Part shown: piece after piece, positions 1 to 9,818 of the stretch
Numbering within the stretch: the stretch's first letter is position 1
Layout: each line of letters opens with the position of its first letter
Source of the DNA: Deltaproteobacteria bacterium
Lineage (GTDB): Bacteria; JAGRBM01; JAHCIT01
Assembly: GCA_026129095.1 (NCBI GenBank)
Contig: JAHCIT010000010.1
Location: forward strand, 1 to 64,000
Direction: 5' to 3'
Length of the DNA: 64,000 nucleotides
Translations under genes and position numbers: made by a program
The notes under the pieces: model-generated
Database searches by the model: none
What the model saw: the letters and a program-made list of their open reading frames with translations, nothing else
What the model was told of the DNA's origin: nothing

Positions 1-122
1 GCCACGCTTCCCTGACTCATTCAAAAAGGAGCAGGTTTGAATAACGGGAAAATGAAGCTACGGGTTTATCTCACACACAATGGTCAGGTGCAGGCATACA
101 TAATAGATGAGGTAAAAACTGT

Positions 123-1604
123 ATGAGCGAAAAACAGAAATCACGCTTCCGCTTGTCGGAGCTTGCGAATACGGCCGGAGTAGCCGGCAAGACTATCCAT
201 TTTTACGTTCGCGAAGGCATTCTTCCGCCCGCGCAGAAAATTCGAGAGAAACTCGCGCTTTACGACGAGACCCACCTTCGGTTGCTCAGGCTTGTGCAAA
301 AGCTGCAACAGGAGAAACATTTACCGCTGGCTTTTATCGGTCAACTGTTCCGACAAGCCAACTACGACCCGGAAGCCCTGGAACTCAGTCTGGTCGCCGG
401 CATGTATGATCGTGTCGCTGCCGGCACAGGTTTCCTGCCAGGAGAAATTGATATTGCCCAAGTTGCAATGGCCGACGATAATTCCGTTTCACCAGAGTTC
501 CGGAACACGTTGGCGGATATGGGGCTGATCAACAGGACCGACGGGCCTCTAAGCGGAGAGGAAAGGAAAATCGTCTGGAGCGTACGTTCCGCTCACGAAA
601 AGGGCGTTCCCTTGGTATTTTTTGCCCAAGTCCTGAAACCGATACAGGCTATCGTATCACGCCAATCCGCCACATTGCTCGAAGCGATCGACGGCGATGC
701 CAGTTTCCGCCAGGTCGCGGAGAAAGTCGGCGAGATCGACCGGTTGATCAACTTTTTTATCGAGGCCACTAAGACCCGTCAGCTCAGGCTTCACTTCGAA
801 AAGTCGTATGAGCAGAGTCCTTTGACAATAGGGAAGCTTCAGAAGCGAATCTACGTGCCGAGCAACGCTTTTCTGGAGAAGTATAAAATACCAGAGCAAA
901 TCGCTTCGATTGAGGATGATTTGCAGCGGAAAAAGAAAGACCGCCATTTACGCCTCGCGCTGACGGAAGCCTACTTGGCAATTGGCAAGTACGAGGAGGC
1001 AGCTGGCGAAGCCAAAACCTTGTTAAAGCATGATAAGGGAGAAGCCGATGCCTTGGTAGCATTGGGGACAGTGTACTCACTGCTGGGACGCACAGACGAC
1101 GCAGTTAAAACCCATGAGCACGCTTACCGGCTACGGCCGGATGATGCGCGAACCGTAGCGTACTATGCGATGGCATGTTTGCTTCAGGCAGCACGTGTGG
1201 GTGGTGTGATATCCCCGGCTCAATGGCTCAAAAAGTCACTTTCTCTTTTCCAGAAGAGTCTCGCACTCACTCCTAGGCGGCCCAAGGATCTCCTCGAAAT
1301 GCTGTTTATGAAGGGCAGAGCTTACACGATTCTGCCTGCGCCGTTAGAAAAGGTGGATGAGGGCATCGAAGCCCTTACAGAGCTTCTTGCCCGTGTGGAC
1401 AAATCGGATGAAAAGACGTTGGATCTGCCGTTTAACGGTTTCAACGAAATCTACCGTATCAATGTCTATTTCTTTCTGGGGGAGGCTTACCACCACAAAG
1501 GCCAAGCAAAGGAAGCCCAGAAGGCCTGGGAGCAGGTCATTCTCCGTGACCCTGGATCGAATTTCGGACAGCACGCGTATCAGGCGATCGGATCACACGC
1601 CTAG
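123..1604 (+). CDS. MerR-family HTH transcriptional regulator with C-terminal TPR repeats
   Basis: N-terminal FRLSELANTAGVAGKTIHFYVREGILPP...ALYDETHLRLLRLVQKLQQEKHLPLAFI is a MerR HTH. The C-terminal half has TPR-like helices (LTEAYLAIGKYEEA, ALVALGTVYSLLGRTDDA, YFFLGEAYHHKGQAKEA). Confidence 0.85.
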   Translation: MSEKQKSRFRLSELANTAGVAGKTIHFYVREGILPPAQKIREKLALYDETHLRLLRLVQKLQQEKHLPLAFIGQLFRQANYDPEALELSLVAGMYDRVAAGTGFLPGEIDIAQVAMADDNSVSPEFRNTLADMGLINRTDGPLSGEERKIVWSVRSAHEKGVPLVFFAQVLKPIQAIVSRQSATLLEAIDGDASFRQVAEKVGEIDRLINFFIEATKTRQLRLHFEKSYEQSPLTIGKLQKRIYVPSNAFLEKYKIPEQIASIEDDLQRKKKDRHLRLALTEAYLAIGKYEEAAGEAKTLLKHDKGEADALVALGTVYSLLGRTDDAVKTHEHAYRLRPDDARTVAYYAMACLLQAARVGGVISPAQWLKKSLSLFQKSLALTPRRPKDLLEMLFMKGRAYTILPAPLEKVDEGIEALTELLARVDKSDEKTLDLPFNGFNEIYRINVYFFLGEAYHHKGQAKEAQKAWEQVILRDPGSNFGQHAYQAIGSHA

Positions 1605-1633
1605 GATTATGACGATAATAACTCCGGCGGGTA

Positions 1634-2167
1634 ATGATGCAGTCTTTTAAATTTGAACACCGGTTCTCCCTGCCTCCAGTTCATCTGGTCCGGCTGCTGG
1701 ATGATCTGGCTTTCCGGCAGTATCTCGTCGACAACCTAGCCAATGTTCATGCATCCGAACGGATCCGCTTTGACGACACCGGCTACGAGCGTTTCAAGAC
1801 GATTCGAGTCTATCCTAAAATGAACCTGCCCTCATGGATCGAACGCGCCTTCAAGGATCCCGAAAGTTACTTCGAGATGAATTACCGGCTCGACAAGACA
1901 CGGATGGTGGAAAAAATTGAGGGAACCTCGCACTTTGGCAAAGTAATCGGAGAAGTCGTATACCTGCCCGAAGGGCTCAGTGGTACTATCCGACGTTTTC
2001 AGGGCGAGTTCAGCTGCAGGTTCAGTGTGATTGGCCCAGCGATAGAAAAATTCTACCTCCGGCACATGGGCGACATGCAGGACATGGAGGCCGATCTGAC
2101 TCAAAAATATATTGCCAGCAGGAACGTGGCCGTAATGCCACCCCAGATGAGGAAGTCGCATGTCTGA
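1634..2167 (+). CDS. DUF2505 / START-SRPBCC-like ligand-binding protein
   Basis: 177 aa with FKFEHRF at the N-terminus and GTIRRFQGEFSCRFSVIGPAIEKF near the C-terminus, resembling DUF2505. Overlaps the next gene by 8 bp. Confidence 0.6.
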   Translation: MMQSFKFEHRFSLPPVHLVRLLDDLAFRQYLVDNLANVHASERIRFDDTGYERFKTIRVYPKMNLPSWIERAFKDPESYFEMNYRLDKTRMVEKIEGTSHFGKVIGEVVYLPEGLSGTIRRFQGEFSCRFSVIGPAIEKFYLRHMGDMQDMEADLTQKYIASRNVAVMPPQMRKSHV

Positions 2168-3224
2168 TAAATTGTCGCCAGACCTGGGGCCTTCAGCGCA
2201 TCCGCCGAAGGCGTACGCCGTACCTCCGCCACGAGGTGTGCATCAGATACGTACTTTACTGGGGTTCCCGGGCGTCCCGACAGTCAACTGTTACGTGATC
2301 GAACGTCCGCTGACTCTGGTCGATGCAGGCCTGAATAGCCCCGCTTCGTGGCACTCGTTTGAAGAGCAGTTGAACGCGATGGGCTACCGGCCGGAACAGT
2401 TCGAACGGATACTGATCACCCATGCACACCCCGACCATTTCGGCTTTGCGGAACGGGTACGCAAACTCTCTGGAGCACAGGTTTATATCGGCGAACACTC
2501 CTTCTCCACGTTCGCGTTAAGCGATACGGATGTGGTCGCCCAGCACCGGCAGGTGTACCGGGACTATTTTATCCGCCTGGGTCTTGATGACCAGATATTC
2601 GCGTCGCTGGCAATGATGGGCGAGATGATGCGGTCGATGGCGCCACAAATACATGGGGAGGTCATCCCGGTGAAAGACGGCGACGTCATTCCTTTTGAGG
2701 ATTTTAGCCTTCAGGTTCTCTACACGCCGGGCCACACGCGTGAAATCGTCTGCTATTTTGAGCCGAAGCAGAAATTTATATTTTCGAGCGACCACCTGCT
2801 TCAAGAGACGAGCCCGAATCCGATCATTGACCTTGGCCCCGACGGGGAAAAGGACTATTCTTGTAAGTTTGAGTCACTAGTAAGTTATTACGAGCAAATT
2901 GAGCGGGTCAGGAAACTGGATGTACGATGCGTTTTGCCCGGTCACGGGTTGCCCTTTTCGGGACACGATGCTGTTATTTCCTCCCTACTGGGCTTCTATG
3001 AACTTCGCCAGCACAAGATGCTGAAGGTAATGAACCAAGAAGGACCAATAACGGTCAAGCGACTCGCCGAACTCATGTTTCCCAAAGCGCAGGGCATGCA
3101 AGTTTTTCTTGCAGTCTGCGAGCTCCTTGGAAACCTCGAGGTTATGGCAAAACAACACAAGGTTCGCTCCGAATTTGATGGCCACGTCTACTTATTTGAA
3201 AGACTGCCCGCTAATACGGCATGA
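2160..3224 (+). CDS. Metallo-beta-lactamase-fold hydrolase with C-terminal winged-helix-like tail
   Basis: THAHPDHFG (HxHxDH), TPGHT, SSDHL and PGHG motifs. Confidence 0.9.
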   Translation: MSDKLSPDLGPSAHPPKAYAVPPPRGVHQIRTLLGFPGVPTVNCYVIERPLTLVDAGLNSPASWHSFEEQLNAMGYRPEQFERILITHAHPDHFGFAERVRKLSGAQVYIGEHSFSTFALSDTDVVAQHRQVYRDYFIRLGLDDQIFASLAMMGEMMRSMAPQIHGEVIPVKDGDVIPFEDFSLQVLYTPGHTREIVCYFEPKQKFIFSSDHLLQETSPNPIIDLGPDGEKDYSCKFESLVSYYEQIERVRKLDVRCVLPGHGLPFSGHDAVISSLLGFYELRQHKMLKVMNQEGPITVKRLAELMFPKAQGMQVFLAVCELLGNLEVMAKQHKVRSEFDGHVYLFERLPANTA

Positions 3225-3655
3225 AGCTCGACGCAATTAATAGTGATTCCTCTCGGGACGGGCACGATGAAATTAGTGTCAAGGGCGGACTGAAAGTGTA
3301 CCAGCGAGGCGGAGTGACCTTCTCCCGAAAAACCGGACCGGTTATTAAGAAAGAGATTTCATCCTTAGCGTCACCTCAAGATAACCATCAGCGATTCGAG
3401 GCTTGGAAGGCTCAGTTTGCGGGAAAATATGCAGTTGTCCGAGTCGAATTACGAAAGACGGTTGACATGCAGAGCCAAGATTTCGATGTTCTAATCTACC
3501 GTGCCATCGATAAGATGCCCCGTCCGGGCAAGCATGGCCCCTGGAAACTCACCCACGATTACTATCGGGACATCCCGATGCTGCGCGATCGAGGACCGGT
3601 ATCTGGAGTTCTCGCGGGCGAAGTCCCCAATATCATGCAGTCTTACATAGCATGA
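3221..3655 (+). pseudogene. Chimeric ORF; 3' part is a remnant of an EthA-like flavin (Baeyer-Villiger) monooxygenase C-terminus
   Basis: From ~3494, IYRAIDKMPRPGKHGPWKLTHDYYRDIPMLR resembles the EthA-family tail. Another frame from 3588 continues IEDRYLEFS. No FAD-binding GxGxxG is present upstream. Confidence 0.5.
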
Positions 3656-3724
3656 GATGGTCGACCGTGCGTAACGCCGGGTGATGACTTACATACCTAC
3701 AGGCAGCTCATCACTCCAGCCGGA

Positions 3725-5182
3725 TCAGAAGCTCCACTTCATCTCGGCGAAAGCCGTTGTGTTGTCCTCGAGGAAGCCGAACTGCGAGACCTTCTTGCCG
3801 CCGTAGACCTCGCCGCCGACGGTCGCCTTCCATTCGTCGGTCAGGGCATAGGAGAGCTTCGGACGGATCAGCCAGTTCGTGCGTTCGAAATTCACGGCTC
3901 CCATCAGGTCGAGATCCAGCGTGTCGCTCCACCACTTCTTGTCCAGCCGGACCGACACCCCGTTCTGGACCGTATCGAGTTGGCCCGTAAACAGGGCATT
4001 GTACTGGGCGAACTGATCGTCCGGCAGGCCCATCGAAGTGTCGTACCGGTGAAAAACGTATTTGCCAAAATATTGTATAATCAGGTTCGCACTTTCGCCG
4101 AAGTCCTTCTCGATCCCGGCGACATAGGAGACGAATGGCGTCTGGATATCGCGTCGGTTCCCGTCCCCGTTTTTCGAATGCACATAGGCCGCTTCGCCCC
4201 GGAACCCCCAGGTCCCGTGTACGGTCACGAAGTCGCCGCCCACGCCGTGAATCCGGTGGTGCGACAGGCCGACGTACCCGGGCGACGTGGGAGACAAGAT
4301 TCCTGGCGGCAGTAGCAGACTGACCTCCGGCAACCGGTTGAAACCGGTAAAATAGGAAACCGACCAGTCGAACCCGCCCGACGAATGATCGATTTTCGCC
4401 GCGTACTCGCCATTCGAGAACTTCACGTCCGGCAGCTGTGGCGCGAACAGGATTCCGGGCACCGCAGGCAGCGGGATCACCGACGCAGTCGGGATCGGCT
4501 GCCAGACACCGGTCAGCCGGAAATCGGACGGCAGGTAGTAGTCCGCCTTCACGCCGAACACACCGGTCCGCTGATCGAAAGGCTCCGGCAGCAGTAGCGT
4601 CATGTTGCGGGCGGAGAGCCAGTCGGTCGGATTGATCTCGTCGGCGCGCCCCCAGACGATGATCTGCTTGCCCACGCGAAGTTCCAGGTCGCCGAACTGG
4701 AGAGTCGCGTACCCCTCGCGAAGCTCCAGCATGACCTCGTCCTGCAGCGTCTGCGTGCGGGCATCGAAATGATTGGGTACCGTCGAGTGGTTCAGGTTCT
4801 GCGCCATGATACGGGCCTCGCCGTACAGCTTGACGTGTTCGCCGTACTGAGGTGCGGATTTCAAGGTCAGGTTCAGCCCGGGATAATGATTGCTGTTGCT
4901 CAACCGCTTGTCGGAACTGAAATAGTCGAACGACGCTGAACCGTGGATTCCGGCATCGCGGACCGGGTTCCAGAGCTTCATGAAGGGCGTCTCCCGGCCC
5001 TCGGGCAGTTCCGGCGCCGCATCCGGACGTGTCGCCACCGCAGGGTCATCCGCTGACGCCGCCGCCGGGACTTCCGCGGCCGGTGCACCAGCAGGCGGAA
5101 CATCGGTTTGCGCCCTGGACATGACCGGCACGAGCACCGCGAGCAGTATCACTGCCAGTGTACGGATATTTTGCATGGTCAC
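3725..5182 (-). CDS. Outer-membrane beta-barrel protein (DUF1302-like)
   Basis: Signal peptide, LELRVGKQIIVWGRADEINPTD motif, amphipathic strands and terminal aromatic residue (EMKWSF). Confidence 0.8.
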   Translation of the reverse strand: MTMQNIRTLAVILLAVLVPVMSRAQTDVPPAGAPAAEVPAAASADDPAVATRPDAAPELPEGRETPFMKLWNPVRDAGIHGSASFDYFSSDKRLSNSNHYPGLNLTLKSAPQYGEHVKLYGEARIMAQNLNHSTVPNHFDARTQTLQDEVMLELREGYATLQFGDLELRVGKQIIVWGRADEINPTDWLSARNMTLLLPEPFDQRTGVFGVKADYYLPSDFRLTGVWQPIPTASVIPLPAVPGILFAPQLPDVKFSNGEYAAKIDHSSGGFDWSVSYFTGFNRLPEVSLLLPPGILSPTSPGYVGLSHHRIHGVGGDFVTVHGTWGFRGEAAYVHSKNGDGNRRDIQTPFVSYVAGIEKDFGESANLIIQYFGKYVFHRYDTSMGLPDDQFAQYNALFTGQLDTVQNGVSVRLDKKWWSDTLDLDLMGAVNFERTNWLIRPKLSYALTDEWKATVGGEVYGGKKVSQFGFLEDNTTAFAEMKWSF

Positions 5183-5183
5183 C

Positions 5184-6002
5184 TCACCGGGTCAGATAGC
5201 GTTCCGTAAACACTTCGTCCTTCACGCCAGTGTTCACCTTCACGTCATCGAACGTGATCTCCGTGATCCCGCCGGTCTGGACGTTCTTCATCGTGATTTT
5301 TTTCGGCATCCACCGGTGAAGCGTCTTGTCAACTTCCCATATGTCTTCGGCGTGGAACTCCTTGAACGGACGTCCGGCAAGGTCCGTGTATTCCCCCTTC
5401 ACCGACATGAATGCGTCGGTGCGGATCCACTGGACTCGCTTGTTACTGCCCGCATTACGCTCCACGTCCTTGCTCACGGGAACCGACTCGACGACGTAGC
5501 AGTCGTTCGCACCGCATTTTTCTATACGTAGCAAAGTGTGCTTCCAATCCTCGACCCGCGGCGTGATCACGTCGCCGTAGGAGAAATCCGACCCCATGAA
5601 ACTGTCCTTTTTGTTCGAGGCGACCAGCCGGCGGATCTTCTTGAGAGCGGGCAGATAGATCCAGATATCGTCGTCGCCGCCGGAGTTCTCCTTCGTCAGC
5701 GTGGCTGTGCCGATCACATCCGGCGGGCTTAGGAACCGCGCCACCCGGGCCTGGTCAATCTGGTTTTCGAGCAGCTTGGAATAGGACTCCACTTTCCGCT
5801 CCCGCTTGATACCTCGGGCGTCTATGAGCGTCATGGTCATCTTCTGCGTCGAGTCCTTCACCTTCTGAGCCATGAAGTTCTTCTTCATGATCTCGATGAC
5901 GTCGGGCGGGCTCTCTTCGGCAACGGCATTCGACCGGTAACCGGATGCCGCGGCGACAAGAGCCGCAATAACGATCGCAAGGGGGCGGGTCTGGGGCTTC
6001 AT
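5184..6002 (-). CDS. Periplasmic LolA-like 'outer membrane lipoprotein-sorting' protein
   Basis: Signal peptide and RFLSPPDVIGTATL...DDIWIYLPALKKIRRL...FMGSDFSYGD signature. Confidence 0.85.
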   Translation of the reverse strand: MKPQTRPLAIVIAALVAAASGYRSNAVAEESPPDVIEIMKKNFMAQKVKDSTQKMTMTLIDARGIKRERKVESYSKLLENQIDQARVARFLSPPDVIGTATLTKENSGGDDDIWIYLPALKKIRRLVASNKKDSFMGSDFSYGDVITPRVEDWKHTLLRIEKCGANDCYVVESVPVSKDVERNAGSNKRVQWIRTDAFMSVKGEYTDLAGRPFKEFHAEDIWEVDKTLHRWMPKKITMKNVQTGGITEITFDDVKVNTGVKDEVFTERYLTR

Positions 6003-6034
6003 AGGGATCTCCTTCGGATTTTCCTGGCTTTCTG

Positions 6035-8365
6035 TCAGTGCTTTTCGGGGTCACTGCCGGATGGCATGAACGACTTGGGACGGATGTATTTGAGAAGCGC
6101 CGGCAGAACCGTGATGGCGCCGAGCGAACTGATGACCATCGCCAGCGCCACCAGGATGCCGAGCTTGCGGTGGAAGCCGAACGGCGACAGCGCGAGGCAG
6201 AGATAGCCGGCCGTGATCGCGCTCGACACGAAGAATACCGCCTTGCCCGACGTCCGCATGGACGCGAGGAGCGCCTTGTCGAAATCCGGATTCTTGTGCA
6301 GCTCTTCCTTCATCCGGAAGATGAAATAGAGCGCGTAGTCGGCGCCTATACCGACCGCCATCGGCAGGATGGCGGAAGTCCCGATGTCGAGATTCCAGCC
6401 GGCATAGCCCAGCAACGCGAACTCCCCGAACACCGATAGGACGAGCGGTACGGTCACCAGCAGACCCGCCACAAACGAGCGTAGTACGATCGCGGACAGG
6501 AGGATGACGATCAGCCAGATCTGGCCGATGTTGCGGATCTTGCCCTGCACCATGACCTGGTTCATGGCGTCCGAAGAGGCGATGGAACCGGCGATTTTCA
6601 CATTGTACCCCGGCGGGAATTCTGTCGCGAGATAGCCCTTCACCTTGCCGATAATCGCCTCGGCGATGGAGGTGTTGTCCTTTTTCAGGAACGCCTGGAT
6701 GATCGCCTTGTCGTAAGTCTTGGTGACATAGGCGTCGAAATCGTCGGGGCCCCCGGAGATGGAGTAGAGGAACAGGTACTGGGCCACAAGTTCCCGCGAA
6801 TCGGGGATCGAATCGAACTTCGGGTCGTCAGCGTTCATCGAGCGGTTCATCTTCTTCACGAAATCCACGATGGACATCGTCTTGCCGACGACCTCCTCCT
6901 TCTGGAGCAGATTCTGGAGCCCCTCCATCGCCTCGAGCACCTTCGGGTCCTTCAGGGAGTCCTCGCCCGGCCCCTCCACGACGAAAAGCAGCGTGTTGGT
7001 ACCGGCGAAACGGTCGTTCAGCCAGGTATCGTCCTGGAAAAACTGGTCCTTCGAGCTGAAGTACGGCTTCAGGCTGTTGTCTATATTCACGCGCGACGAA
7101 CCGTAACCCCAAGCCAAGAAGGCGATCGCCGCGACGACGATGATGGTTCTGCTCCCGCCACCGCTTACGAACGGAGCGAGCCGCTCGAGCGTGCCGTCCA
7201 GCAGCTTGCGTTCCACCGACTCGGCGTTGGTTTCGGCGAGCTTGGGGCTCGGCAGCATGGCCCGCATCGCCGGGATGAGCGTCATCTCGATGATCAGGAC
7301 GGCGAAGATGCCGAGGCCTGTAAAAAGACCGAAGGTGCGGATCGTTGTGGTCTGGAACGTCAGCAGCGAGAAAAACGCCAGCATCGCGATCACGCCGGTG
7401 GTCATCATGACAGTTCCCACCTTCACCGTGGAATCGATGACGGCCCGGTGGTTGTCCTTGCTAACGGCGAATTCCTCGTAGTAGCGCTTGAGAATCTGGA
7501 CCGCGTGCCCGGCGCCCACGGCGAGTATCAGGATCGGCGTCGTCGCGTTGAACGGATCAAGCGCGATACCGGCAAGCCCCATCAGCCCAAGGCCCCAGAT
7601 GACCGCGAGCAGCGCGGTGAGCAGCGGCAGGATGAGCCCCTGGAACGTACGGAACGCCTCGTAATGAACAAGGCCGATCACCACGACGGCGATCAGAAAG
7701 TAGATCGCCATCCGTTCGGAGTATTTCGCCATCCACGAAGCGGCGATCGGAAACCCGGAGTAGTGGATCTCGACCGTTCCGTCCGCTTCAGGCCCAATGA
7801 TCTTCTCGATCTCCCGGTGAACCGACGGAAAATCGGGCAGCTCGGGCGTGAAATGGAAGTCCGCGAGGATCGCCGCCGACTTCATGTCTTTCGAGAAGAT
7901 GGAACCGGAATAGAGCGGATTCCTGAGCAGTTTCGTCTTGAGGGTGGCCAGTTCTCCGGGGGACTCGGGCGCGTATTCCATGAACGGCGTCACCGTCATA
8001 CCCTCTTCGGTACCTACGATATCCTTCGCCCGGTTGGCCGACACGGAGAGCACATTCGCCCGGATGATACCCGGTTCGAGCAGCAGCTTGTCGGTGATGC
8101 GCTGGACCTTCTGGAGCAGGGCCGGCTGGAAGATATCGCCGTCCTTCGGCGCGATACCGATCACGACCACGTTCTTCCCGCCAAAGATACTGTCAATCTC
8201 GTTCTGCGCTTTTATATAAGGATGGCCCTGAGGAAGGTTCTTGTCCGGGTCCACTTCGACCCGCAGGTGTCGCAAACTGAACCCCAGGAACAGCGTGACC
8301 GCCACGTTTGCCGCGACTACCCACGCCCGGTAACGAACAATGAATTCGACATATTTACGCAGCAT
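6035..8365 (-). CDS. MMPL/RND-superfamily lipid transporter
   Basis: 776 aa with two repeats of one TM, a large periplasmic loop and five TMs; AVGAGHAVQIL and AVGIGADYALY motifs. Confidence 0.9.
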   Translation of the reverse strand: MLRKYVEFIVRYRAWVVAANVAVTLFLGFSLRHLRVEVDPDKNLPQGHPYIKAQNEIDSIFGGKNVVVIGIAPKDGDIFQPALLQKVQRITDKLLLEPGIIRANVLSVSANRAKDIVGTEEGMTVTPFMEYAPESPGELATLKTKLLRNPLYSGSIFSKDMKSAAILADFHFTPELPDFPSVHREIEKIIGPEADGTVEIHYSGFPIAASWMAKYSERMAIYFLIAVVVIGLVHYEAFRTFQGLILPLLTALLAVIWGLGLMGLAGIALDPFNATTPILILAVGAGHAVQILKRYYEEFAVSKDNHRAVIDSTVKVGTVMMTTGVIAMLAFFSLLTFQTTTIRTFGLFTGLGIFAVLIIEMTLIPAMRAMLPSPKLAETNAESVERKLLDGTLERLAPFVSGGGSRTIIVVAAIAFLAWGYGSSRVNIDNSLKPYFSSKDQFFQDDTWLNDRFAGTNTLLFVVEGPGEDSLKDPKVLEAMEGLQNLLQKEEVVGKTMSIVDFVKKMNRSMNADDPKFDSIPDSRELVAQYLFLYSISGGPDDFDAYVTKTYDKAIIQAFLKKDNTSIAEAIIGKVKGYLATEFPPGYNVKIAGSIASSDAMNQVMVQGKIRNIGQIWLIVILLSAIVLRSFVAGLLVTVPLVLSVFGEFALLGYAGWNLDIGTSAILPMAVGIGADYALYFIFRMKEELHKNPDFDKALLASMRTSGKAVFFVSSAITAGYLCLALSPFGFHRKLGILVALAMVISSLGAITVLPALLKYIRPKSFMPSGSDPEKH

Positions 8366-8367
8366 GG

Positions 8368-9024
8368 TTATTTCCTCTTCTTCAGGGGACGGGACTTTGC
8401 GACCTCGGCCAATGGCGATTCCCCAAATAGCCGAAGCACAAGGCTGGTCATTTCGCCGACATTTCTTCCCGATGGCTGATGGATTTCGGCGGTTATGACC
8501 GCATTCAGGATACCTGAGAGCTTGAGAGTCAGCTCGGTGTCTGAAAATCCCTGAAATTCGCCGGCGGCAATACCCTCGGCAAAAACCTCCGTGAGGCCCT
8601 TCTGAAAACGCTGGTATTTGGCTACGATATTTTGACCGAACTGGGCATGAAGCCGGAGTTCAAAACCCAAGGTTTCGCTCACGAAAAGCCTGAGCAGCAT
8701 GGGGTGCTCTTCGAAATACTGGAGTTCCTCATGGACAGCCGCGGCTATCCGGACCGGTGCCGAACCCTGTACTGCCAGTGCCTTTTCAACCCGGCCCAGC
8801 AGTTCGTCCACGTACATTTTTAGCAGTTCCCGGTACAAGGCATCCTTGCTAGGAAAATGAAGGTACAGTTTGCCCACTGAAAACCGCGCGGCACGGGCGA
8901 CGTCCTGCATGGTGGCGGCTGAGAAGCCCTTCTCCGCAAAAACCTTCAGCGCTGTCTCAAGGATTTCCTGCCGATGGCGAAATGCCTCGTCCTTCTGTCG
9001 CTGTTTGCTGGAATACCGCGGCAT
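8368..9024 (-). CDS. TetR/AcrR-family regulator
   Basis: ILETALKVFAEKGFSAATMQDVARAARFSVGKLYLHFPSKDAL HTH. ATG at 9024 is preferred; TTG at 9030 is the alternative. Confidence 0.9.
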   Translation of the reverse strand: MPRYSSKQRQKDEAFRHRQEILETALKVFAEKGFSAATMQDVARAARFSVGKLYLHFPSKDALYRELLKMYVDELLGRVEKALAVQGSAPVRIAAAVHEELQYFEEHPMLLRLFVSETLGFELRLHAQFGQNIVAKYQRFQKGLTEVFAEGIAAGEFQGFSDTELTLKLSGILNAVITAEIHQPSGRNVGEMTSLVLRLFGESPLAEVAKSRPLKKRK

Positions 9025-9033
9025 GGACAAAGT

Positions 9034-9060
9034 ATTATGAACTTGTATTCATTAAGTCAA
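9034..9060 (-). promoter_or_regulatory. sigma70-like promoter with inverted repeat (candidate TetR operator)
   Basis: Minus-strand TTGACT (9060-9055) and CATAAT (9039-9034), with a short 15-bp spacer. The ATGAA-N6-TTCAT inverted repeat is at 9037-9052. Confidence 0.55.
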
Positions 9061-9139
9061 TAGCCGTTCATTCTAGCGACCTGGACCGGTGTATGTCCCA
9101 AAACTCTATCAGTGCGTCAAAGGGTGCGCGTCATAATTT

Positions 9140-9818
9140 TTACGTTGCCAACGGAGTGGCCAGATCCGGAACACTGGTTCGGTTCCGATTGCGGTACTCG
9201 ACATATTGCCGGAGAGTCTTTCGCAGGTGCTCCTCGTTCAGGACAATTACACGGTCGGTGCACTCGCGTCGGATCGTGCCGATCTCCCGTTCAGCATAGG
9301 CGTTCACGACGGGCGTCCGGGGACGGATCGGCAACTCCCGGATATTCAGGTTGGCCGTTGCCTGGCGGAACTCCTCCCCGTAGATGCTGTCGTTGTCACG
9401 GATCAGAAAACGCGGTGCGGTGTCGTTAGGGAACGCCTGAACAAGCTGACGAGTGGTCCATTCGGCAGTGGGGCGATCGGTCACATTGAAGTGGATGATT
9501 TCCCGCCGGTCGGGGGACAGCATTACGAAACCATAGAGTACATCGAAGGTGACCGTGGGAACGGTAAAGCAGTCGCAGGCGACAATATCCTCGGCATGAT
9601 TTGTGACAAAGGTTTTCCAGATCTGGGGCGGCGGTCTGCGGGGATGGCGGACCCGGTATCTCTCGATTGTCGACTTGGCGACGTGGATACCAGGCATGGC
9701 CAGTTCGCCCTGGATTCGTGGCGACCCCAGAGCGGGTTGGCTCGGCTGATGTCCTGAATGATCCGGATAATATCAGGGTGAATCGAGGGCCGGTCGGGTT
9801 TCTGACGGCTCTTCACAC
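9140..9818 (-). pseudogene. Frameshifted, truncated IS transposase (rve integrase core)
   Basis: RPSIHPDIIRIIQDISRANPLWG continues in another frame as PRIQGELAMPGIHVAKSTIERY after a 1-bp loss near 9722. DDE-type motifs ACDCFTV, LIRDNDSIY and NAYAERxIGTIRREC are present. Confidence 0.85.

Noticed and set aside
3679..3716. GGGTGATGA/TCATCACTC hairpin as a terminator
   Set aside because: 20-nt loop and no U tract; too weak to call.
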